A stretch of DNA of 63,506 nucleotides, the filler included, from Reclinomonas americana ATCC 50394 (taxonomy: Eukaryota): NCBI GenBank assembly GCA_048213135.1. It is 14 parts of 14 records of this genome, joined end to end, with 100 filler letters (N's around TTAATTAATTAA, not from the genome) between each part and the next. Parts side by side here need not be neighbours in the genome. Positions count along the whole stretch, not along the records: positions 54,927 to 60,660 come from AFZH01022858.1; positions 60,761 to 63,506 come from AFZH01022860.1; 12 more parts are not named here. One strand, 5' to 3'. The position numbers and the translations under genes are program-made. Within the stretch, counting starts at the first letter, position 1; each line of letters opens with the position of its first letter. Below are positions 54,927 to 63,506 of the stretch, piece after piece. The notes below the pieces were generated by a model. The model saw nothing but the letters and a program-made list of their open reading frames with translations, ran no database searches and was not told the DNA's origin.

Positions 54927-57817
54927 TTCCGAAGACAAGCTTCGTCAAGCATGGAGTGCGAGTTGCTGGAGACGTGTACTCCACCCCACACACCTCACCT
55001 TGTGCCGGCAGCGTCGGGCGGCAGCGTCTCTGCACCACTCACGCCACCCTCCGGCGCACACTCGACGCCCACACTTGTCGGCGTCAGCGCCGCCTCGCCC
55101 CCTCGCAACCTCTTCTCTCCTGGCCAGCCGCAGTCGCAGCCCATGTCCACCACAGCCTCCTCATCATCGGCCTCCTCGTCCACCTCAACCTCCCCAGTTG
55201 TCGTACCACCACCACCAGCTTCCTCTGCGCCACCCTCGCAGCACAACCTCTCGCTTCCTGTGCACACCATGGGCAAGCACAGCAACAACAGCGCCTCGTC
55301 CATTCCTTCACCCAGCGCCAGTGCGGCTGCTGGAGGAGGAGGAGGAGGTGGATCACCAGGCGCCATGTCGTATGCCACCCACGCCACACAGTTTGGCCCT
55401 TCGAGTCTGTGGTACACTCCGCGACCTCCATTCCAGCGAGGGAATGGTGGCAGTCCGAGTGGACTGATGTCCACGATGGGAAACAGCGTGGCAGGTGCAT
55501 TTGGAATGTTTGGCGGCGGTCATCGTTCGGGATCCGAGTACTTGTCAGAGGTAAAACACGCAGGGGGTCAGCAAGAAGGGAGCGAGGCATGTGCGCTGAC
55601 TGCTTCTTCTTGTTGTTGTTGTTGTTGATGTGCTCTTCTAGCATGAGGAGGTGTCGACGAGAAAGATTGGGCGGGTGATATTCAGCGTGGTGCTGATCTC
55701 GCTGCTGGCACTCGGTTTTTACTGGATCATGGGCAACTATCTCGTTCCCATGTTGCGTCGCAGTGGTCGATGCGGCAAGCCGAAAAGCGGGAGCACAGTG
55801 CTGACCTCTCCCCCTTCCTTTGTCGTCGTCGTTGTCCCTTCAGTTTTCTGGCGTTCATGTGGAGTCTGGTGACAACTCGCGGCCACAAGCGGATATATCG
55901 CTGGATGCTGCGACTCGACGCACGAGTGTACAACTTGGGCACGCGCCTGTTTGGCCCGTCGACACCCATTACGCGATTCGAGAACCGCATTGGCGTCATT
56001 GATCCGTGCAAAGTCAAGGGATGGCTGTTGTGCACGGTGCTGCTGTTCCTCCTGTGCTGTTGCGTGCTCTCGCTCTCTCTCTCCTTGTATCCCGCACACA
56101 CTAAATCTGCCCCTCCGCTCTGCGCAGGGACCTTCATTTTCTCCTTTGGCTTTGCCATTCTCATCACCTTTACACTGGCCATGGTGATCATGGCGGTGGC
56201 GAGCATGGACCGCGCTCTGCTGGCCTCGCTGACCGTCACCGGCATTATGATTGTGTCCATCCTGGCACTCATCGGCTTGGCCACTGGCGGCTTTTATGTG
56301 GAGGGTCAGCGCATCATCCACTCGGTGATTGCGTACCTGGAGACGGAGCAGATTCAGACGCTGCTGACGAATCACGAGCGATCGCCCATCTACCAGTGGG
56401 CACTCGAGCAATTCGAGTTCTTTGGCTTCAACACGAGTCTCCTCGACCCGGCGTACTTGCAGGATGAGGTGCGTGCACAGCGTTTGGCAAGCAAATTTCT
56501 TCGCAGATGCTTACATGTGGAGGGGTTTCGGCGTGTGCAGGCCGTGGCACTGGCGTACGCTCTGGCCAAGAAGGGCGACATTTTGCTCGACGGTGCCCGC
56601 AAGGGCCTGTCGGTGGCCTCCGACACGGCGTTTTCGATTGTGCTGTTCCTCACCAGCTTTGTGTACTTTTTGCAAGTGAGCGATGAGTCGATCGATGGTG
56701 CCGCCACGGTGCATCAAGCGATATCTCACTCTCTTTCTGTCGTGCAGTTCAACCAACAAGTGCGCAGCGCCATGAACACACTGTCGCCCTTTGACGGTGA
56801 CGTGACGAGGCGCCTGTTCAAGGATCTGGAGCACTCGTGGGTCCGCATCACGCAGGCCTTTGCGCTCATCGGTGCGTTGTGAATCTCTTCGAGTAGCTGT
56901 CCGTGCATGAGCTGACACCGGTACGATATATGGCGGAACAGGCGCGATGAATGCGGTGGCGACATTCATCTCATTTTACTACTTTCTCGATTACCTGACG
57001 TTCCTGCTGCCGGCACTGAGTGCGGTGTTGTCCACGCTGCCGGTATGTGTGTCTCTGTGTGATTTGTGTGTTGCCCCTTCTGCTGCTCTGTTGCCCCTTC
57101 TGCTGCTCATCTTCTAATGCAGGTATTCTCATCGTGGATTGTGTGGATTCCGGCCTGTATCTACTTGGCGATCGAGGGCGCGTACTGGCGGGTGATTTTT
57201 GTGGCCGCCATCCACATTGCTACCACGTGGCTGCAGACGCTGGCCTACGCCGTCATTCCACACACGCATCCGTACGCCATCTCTGTGAGCGTGGTTCTCG
57301 GACTGTACGCCATGGGTCCAGTCGGGTCGCTCGTCGCCCCCCTGCTCCTCTGCTTGGCCACGCAGTTGTACGCGCAGTACGCCGACAGTCGCCCTGGCGA
57401 CGACTCGAAAATCAAAATGTCGTCGTCGGAACCAGTGGGTGAGCTCGGATCGACGCAGGAATTGCCTCACGGTCGCAAGCGCGGCCACTCTGACGTTGCG
57501 TCGCACCCGAGTCTGGCCGCGCCGACAAGCGTCTCAATGTCTTCATGAAAAACTCGCAGGCGGAGGTTCGTAGTCCACTCGGAGGGGGCTTGGACACACC
57601 GAAAAGCCACATTGACGCGTCGGTGCCACCAACGTCGCACCTGCGACGTGGATCGGTGACGTTCAACACTGCCACTCCCGACAGCCCGATTGTGGTGGAA
57701 CAGTACGCCGAGGAGGCTCCGGGTGGCTTTGGCACACCACCGACGCGCGGCGGCGTCACACTGCGGCGACCCACAGTCAATGGCGAAGAGGCCGTGTACA
57801 CCATGCACCGTTCGTGA
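54927..57817 (+). CDS. TMEM245-like / AI-2E-family multi-pass membrane protein (5' end probably in gap)
   Basis: Multiple TMs; IVLFLTSFVYFL and HPYAISVSVVLGLYAMGPVGSLVAPLLLC resemble the AI-2E/TMEM245 C-terminus. Intron 57495-57559 removes the apparent early stop. Confidence 0.68.
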
Positions 57818-57918
57818 GAGCGAACACGGCCGAGAGGGAATACCAATGTAATCAATTACGAGAATCACAAACAATTTTTCATACGCAGGGAGAGGGGATG
57901 GAAAAGCAAGAAGAATGG

Positions 57919-60421
57919 TCAGCAGCCGACGAATCCGCGACGGCGGCGGCGAGGCTGAGAAGCAGGCTCCTGGGCCATCAGCTGCACCACAGTTGCCTCC
58001 TCGTCACCAGGCGGCTCCACATTGGCGGCGACGGTAAGAGCGTTCTGATCGTAGGCCACCTGCGTGTGGTTGGTTCCGAAACACGTCGTGAGTCACAGAA
58101 AAATGCACAGCAGAAGCAGCTGCTGGTATGCTGCCAACACACCTTGATGTCGTCGAACTTGAAGTGCTGGATGACTGGGACGGGGATGAGTACGCGCTCC
58201 GCCAGCAGCTGGTTCAGGGTTGGCAGTACAGCTGCAGGGCGAGCAGAGTGGATGAGATGGCAGGGGAAGGGGGGGTGAGGACATGAGCAATCGGCGCGGA
58301 AAGCGCAACTCTTGAATACTTGGTCGAGGAAGTTGGCCAGCTCTTTCTCGTCGAAGGGCAGTCGTGTGTGATTCTGCACGCAACAAGACGTGTGTATGTG
58401 TGTGTGAGTGAGGTTGCAGGGGCAAACAGCAGGGAGACGATGCTAATGCTGACCTTCAGAATGAAATCAAACTGCAGAGAGTCCAGCTGTACATGCAACG
58501 AGACAACAGTGAGTGGAAATCGAAGTGCCTTGAGGGAACAGAAGACGAGCATGGGTGACTCACATCGACTTCGGGCACTTGCAGATACACAAAGGTGCCA
58601 TTCACGTTGGTGACGGACAGAGCCTGTGCGACCCTCGTGAGTGGCCAGCCCACAACACCGCAGTGGGAATGAAAAAAACGGCAAACCTCAGCATCCAGCA
58701 CCACATGCGAGTCAATGCCGAAAGCAAACTCGGGGAACAGCGTAAAGTTGAACACGGCGCTCGACAGCAAATCAAGCTTGATGCCGTCGGTCGGATCAAT
58801 GTTGATCAGCGGAATACCCGTGACCTGTGGTGCACGATAATGTATCAACAAAATGCGGACGATTGCAAACAGGCTCGCCGTCGCAGCGCGCAACATTCAG
58901 TGAGATGTTGAGGTCGTGCAACAGGCCGGTTTTGCCGGCCGTCAGCGACACCTGCAGCAAGTCGTGCGTGTAGAAGCTCCAGAAGGCACCTTGGAAAATG
59001 CTCTGTCCGATCGACACCGCGGCCGCCTCCGTCTCCGGCGGGACCGGCACCGCAGTGGGTGCGAAGGGCGAGTTGTGGTTGGTGGTCGGGTCTGTGCGAC
59101 GCAGCAGTCAGCACACACGGACAGCTTCCAGCAGACTTCCTTTCATCTCCCCGCGCACCAAACACTTCGCCGAGGATGGATACGAGAGCGCCGGCTGGTG
59201 AGAAGACAATGGGGCCGGCCAAATGGTAGTCAACGCCCAGCACCTTGTCGACCACGGCCTTGAAGGTGAGCTTGGCAATGGCCTGTGCGGCAGCCTTGTT
59301 GACCGACGGCGCCAGCTGCGAGCGCACCGCATCTTGCACCTTGTCGTGGATGAGTCCTTGGAAGATCTGTGTGCGCGCAATCAGCTTTGGCGCACATGCG
59401 CTAGAGGGGAAAGGAAGGCGGGGACCTTGATTAGCGTGTGGAGTCTGCAGACAGGAAACCGAATCATGGTGAGCACGGATCGAGGATTTTCTCTCTTCGC
59501 GCATGCACACTCACCCGCCGCAAATGTCGAGATTCCATCTGCGATATGACGGACACAGACGCAGTAAGCACCGGCAACAGCAGCCAGAGCGTACTGGGCG
59601 GCCGGGGAGAAACGCAACGAGCCCAAGTTAAATCCCACATTTCCAGTGTTGACCACCGGCACGCCATTGCTCTCCGCGATCGTAATGGTGAAGCTCAGCT
59701 GGAACAATCAACACAAGAATGTCAGAGTCAATAATCGACACACAAGTCGGTACATGCTCACCGCCGTGGCTCCAGCGGCCGAAACACTCATATCGCCCTC
59801 GCAGATCTTCACGTGCCCGACCGCATCCTCCTCGATGCGATAGTGGCCGGCCAGCACCACCGAGATGCCTGCAGCACCACCACAAGTCAACAGAAGGACG
59901 CACAGGAGAGTCAGACATAGAGAGAGACCATTCATCGCCACTCCGACACCACTCGTGTTGGTCGACACTGTCACACCACTGCGCGCACAGCATAAGACGG
60001 AAGCCAGCAGAAGAGACTGAGAGACACACACGAACCTCGTCTTCACCGTCTTCAACACCATGTTGTTGAGCTCCACGCGGAACCCATCTGCAATCACACT
60101 CACTCAGTCACAACAAAACACAAAAGGCAGACAGACACAGACAGACAGAGACAGAAACCTTGCTTGACATCAATGCTCTGAATGGGTGTTCCCGAGAGAC
60201 CGGCCTCGATCTGTGGCACGAGGTCGGCGACCACCTTTTGCACGGCGGCAGTCTCCACAAACGCTTGCACAGCAGGCACATTCGCTGCACTCGCGCACGA
60301 CTACAACGCAAGAGTAAGAGAGAGTGTGTGTGTGTGTGAGAGAGAGGGAGAGAGAGCAAAGTACCAGTGTGGTGGCAAGCAGCAACAGCAGCAGCAACAC
60401 AGAGACAGCAGCGCGCGTCAT
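57919..60421 (-). CDS. Secreted BPI/LBP-like (TULIP) lipid-binding protein, about 12 introns
   Basis: Signal peptide and about 500 aa of alternating long helix and beta strands: LGVDYHLAGP, ILGEVF, FAPTAVPVP, SIGQSIFQGAFWSFY, VLPTLNQLLAERVLIP. Confidence 0.7.
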
Positions 60422-60470
60422 CGTGTGAGAAAACTAAGAAGAGCGTGATTGTCCGCGCTCAGTCTCTCTC

Positions 60471-60645
60471 ATGCACGAAGTGTTGCGTGCTGTGCTTCTC
60501 TCTCTCTCTCTCTCACTCACTCACTCACTCTGCGATGCTCCTTTGTCAGTGAGGTCGCTGTGGACTTCCCGTCGGAGTATTTCGCACAGGTGGCCGCACG
60601 CTCGCTGTCGGCCGATGCCGAAGTGAGACCAGAGCGATTGTCGCG
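60471..60645 (+). CDS. PCC1/LAGE3-like KEOPS subunit, 5' part
   Basis: MHEV|EVAVDFPSEYFAQVAARSLSADAEVRPERLSR fits the Pcc1 pattern F.s...A.ia..sL..D.E. Intron 60482-60549; the rest is lost in the gap. Confidence 0.65.
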
Positions 60646-60760
60646 GTGAGTGTGCATGTTNNNNNNNNNNNNNNNNNNNNNNNNNNNNNNNNNNNNNNNN
60701 NNNNTTAATTAATTAANNNNNNNNNNNNNNNNNNNNNNNNNNNNNNNNNNNNNNNNNNNN

Positions 60761-61204
60761 CTCCTCTATAGCATTGACCGGCGGGTTGTTACTCCGCCTT
60801 GTCTCGTGCACTGCCGACAACGACCGCGGAATGCTGTAATCACATGATTCAATCAACGAGAATGTTTCCATGCAACAAACACGAGCCACGCAACGTGGAC
60901 TGCGGTGGTGTGCAAGTGGACATTGTGTGTGGGTGTGCACAAGCGACGAAGAGAAGAGCAGCGAGTGAGTGAGCAAGTAAAAGCGCATGCGCGAGAGAGA
61001 TGGGATCGCAACTTCCTGCTGCCGCTTTTGGTCATTGTGCGACTCACTTACAAGCGTGCTGCTGCTGCTGCTGCTGCTGCTGTCGTGCAAGAGCAGGCGA
61101 CGGTGATCGTGGTTGCCATCTTCCTCGTCGGCATCTTCACCATCATCATCATCACCAGCAGCAGCGCTGCTGATATCGTCGACAAGGGCTTTTCTCGCGT
61201 GCAT
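60761..61204 (-). CDS. 5' part of an unknown low-complexity protein
   Basis: ATG at 61204, acidic/poly-Ser exon and a GTAAGT donor at about 61051. Confidence 0.35.
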
Positions 61205-61562
61205 CACAGAATGAATGATACCCCCTCCCAACTTGTGTGGGGTGGGGTGGTGTGTGCGCGTGCGTGGGGTATTGTGGATGCGAGAAGTCACGCACACGAC
61301 GGATCGCGACCGACGGAGTCGAGCGATGATGGACCGGCGATGGTCACGATCGTCGCATCGCGATGAAACATTGGTGTCGAGAAAAACGCGTGGGCCGCGC
61401 CAGTCAGTCGCGTGTGAGACGAACAAGGTTTCACGGGCAACGTGGTGTACAAAAACTGCGGACAAAGCACAATGCGTTTATCTTCAATCTCGCACTTCCC
61501 CGCCGAACACATTAATATCGCTGTTCGAATTCACGCCACCTCCGACGACACGTCACAGACTG

Positions 61563-63506
61563 CTAACACGCAGTCGTGATGATGTTGCCCGTCGTTGGTG
61601 TGGCAACGTTGGTGACCGTGGCATACGCACGTCCACCGGAAGCGCTTACAGCCACACTCGACATGTCAGTGTTAACAGGCCCATATTCAGCGAGCCACGT
61701 CTGGCCGCCGTCGTTGGAAGCGAAAATGGCCGGTACCGTCTTGGTGGTTGCCACCACGCGCATGCCATCTGCACTGCAAGCTACCGACGTCCAGTTCTTC
61801 GCATCAAACATGGTTGGCGTCTGATCCCACGTTACACCAGAGTCTCTGGAAAAGTAAATGTTGCTGGCGTCGATCGATGCATAGATCTTGCTCATGTCGT
61901 AGCTGCAGGTCACCGCGGTCCAGTTCTTATTGCTACCGAACCGCGACGTCATCGTGGCGCCAAAGTTGAGAGTCGTGAAAATGCGAGAACCGGATACGAC
62001 CGTGACAAACTTCTGACAGTCCGCGCTGCACGCCACATCAACATACGACTTGGACATGGAACCAGCTGGAATACTCCAGGTGGTGCCAGAGTCACTCGAC
62101 ACGTACACTTGCGACGAGCTGCCGACAGCCACCATCTTTGAGCCATCGGTGCTCATGGCAATTGCGGAATACGGCAGATTGCCTGCGGCTGTGTTCCGAG
62201 CCGTCCACAATCCGCCACTGTTCGTCGACACCCAAATGTTGCCACCGTTCACCACGGCAGCCATCACCGTTCCATCAGAATTAATCGCCACGTCCGTGTA
62301 GACGCGATTGCCGGCTGCGGTATTCGTCTGCGCCCATGTCACACCCGAGTCCAATGACAGATACAAGGTACCTCCCGAGACACTCGCAAGAACCTTTGTC
62401 CCGTCCTGACTCGTGGCCACCGAGGACCACAAAAGAGTGCCGGCGCCGGCGCGTGGCGTCCACGTGACGGTCGGACAGTCAGTGCGCGGTGGCGATGGCG
62501 AGGCAAGGATGGGGACCCAATTCGCTCCATCGCTCAGCACTTGAACGGCGTAGAACGATCGTACCTCGCTCTCGCTCAGTCCGCGATTCAATTGCGACGA
62601 CACCGTCGATGTCACCACCACACTGAACAGACCGCCAGCAGTCTGGCCAGTGCACCCATTGACCACCATGTACGCCTTGCCAGACACACCCACCGCCGTC
62701 GGCAGCGTCACCGTAATTGTCGTGCTTGCCGTCGGGAAACAGGAAGTCGGTCGGACGAGAATCACAAAGTCGGATGAGGCAGCAGAGTAATTGGCGTTCA
62801 CAGAAGTCCACACCAACGTGGTGCTTCCAGCTGAAGGCGTTGACCACTGAGCCGTTGTACCAGATGATGTCAACACCTGACCAACAGTACCCACTGCCAA
62901 CTCTGTGGATCGACCAGATGAGTTGCCCACAAGGAGCGCACCCTGCGTCAGCGGCAACGAGACACTAGCGCCTACGACAAGGCTCCCGGCTGTGCTAAGA
63001 CTGCCACCTGCCACGAGACCGGATGCGCTCACCGAGCCGCCTTGCAGCGAGCCCACCGTAGTGACGCTGCCGCCGCTAATGACACCAGCTGAACTAACTG
63101 AAGCTCCACGCAGAGATCCCACTGTCGTCACACTGCCACCACTGATCAAGCCGCCAGAGCTCACAGAGCCGCCTTGCAATGAGCCCACAGTCGTCACACT
63201 GCCACCGCTGATCAAGCCGCCAGAGCTCACAGAGCCGCCTTGCAACGAACCCACAGTCGTCACACTGCCACCGCTGATCAGACCGCCAGAGCTCACAGAG
63301 CCGCCTTGCAACGAACCCACAGACGTCACACTACCGCCACTGATCAAGCCACCAGAGCTCACCGACCCACCAAGCAGAGCACCACCAGTGCTCACCGAGC
63401 CGCTTTGCAATGAACCCACAGTCGTCACACTGCCGCCACTGATCAAGCCGCCAGAGCTCACCGAGCCACCAAGCAGAGCACCACCAGTGCTGACCGAGCC
63501 ACCTTG
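61563..63506 (-). CDS. Intronless fibre/adhesin-like protein with Gly/Ser repeats and BNR/Asp-box beta-propeller (5' end outside window)
   Basis: Over 630 aa open frame. 22-aa repeats GGSVSSGGLISGGSVTTVGSLQ, then GALLVGN...LAVGTVGQVLTSSG...W, then NYSA..SDFVILV...TVTLPTA...GK.Y, then about 6 blades with S.D.G.TW. Confidence 0.85.
   Translation of the reverse strand, partial: QGGSVSTGGALLGGSVSSGGLISGGSVTTVGSLQSGSVSTGGALLGGSVSSGGLISGGSVTSVGSLQGGSVSSGGLISGGSVTTVGSLQGGSVSSGGLISGGSVTTVGSLQGGSVSSGGLISGGSVTTVGSLRGASVSSAGVISGGSVTTVGSLQGGSVSASGLVAGGSLSTAGSLVVGASVSLPLTQGALLVGNSSGRSTELAVGTVGQVLTSSGTTAQWSTPSAGSTTLVWTSVNANYSAASSDFVILVRPTSCFPTASTTITVTLPTAVGVSGKAYMVVNGCTGQTAGGLFSVVVTSTVSSQLNRGLSESEVRSFYAVQVLSDGANWVPILASPSPPRTDCPTVTWTPRAGAGTLLWSSVATSQDGTKVLASVSGGTLYLSLDSGVTWAQTNTAAGNRVYTDVAINSDGTVMAAVVNGGNIWVSTNSGGLWTARNTAAGNLPYSAIAMSTDGSKMVAVGSSSQVYVSSDSGTTWSIPAGSMSKSYVDVACSADCQKFVTVVSGSRIFTTLNFGATMTSRFGSNKNWTAVTCSYDMSKIYASIDASNIYFSRDSGVTWDQTPTMFDAKNWTSVACSADGMRVVATTKTVPAIFASNDGGQTWLAEYGPVNTDMSSVAVSASGGRAYATVTNVATPTTGNIITTAC
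62990..63506 (-). repeat. Coding tandem repeat, 66-bp unit built of 33-bp halves
   Basis: GTCGTCACACTGCC recurs at about 63124, 63190, 63256 and 63421, with synonymous variation between copies. Confidence 0.9.

Noticed and set aside
57495..57559. Apparent overlapping stop/start (ATGA) or frameshift in the TMEM245-like gene
   Set aside because: Explained by a 65-nt GTTGCGT...CAG intron.

Overview
This is intron-rich, gene-dense eukaryotic (protist-like) nuclear DNA, not prokaryotic. It is a scaffold of 14 contigs joined by 100-nt N spacers carrying TTAATTAATTAA; several genes read across the spacers, so the contigs are true neighbours. Manual splicing supports about 22 protein-coding genes or fragments. 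Recognisable ones: tandem-PH protein, hydantoinase/oxoprolinase-DUF917 fusion, dual-specificity phosphatase, P5B-ATPase, DEAH helicase-RBR ligase fusion, NOL9/Grc3, SLC25 carrier, eIF2B-alpha, LRR protein, Rab11, GET1-like, TMEM245-like, BPI/LBP-like and PCC1-like; there are also several secreted or orphan genes and one tRNA-Met(CAT). The main signal is in splicing. About 37 of the roughly 150 introns I could place start GTTGCG(T), which is the local donor consensus GTGCGT with one extra T. These donors almost never have G at exon position -1 and carry C at +5, suggesting a large second class of 5' splice sites read in a shifted register. The second signal is an intronless, virus/phage fibre-like repeat gene at the right edge. 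All exon models and counts are by eye, without RNA data or database searches.
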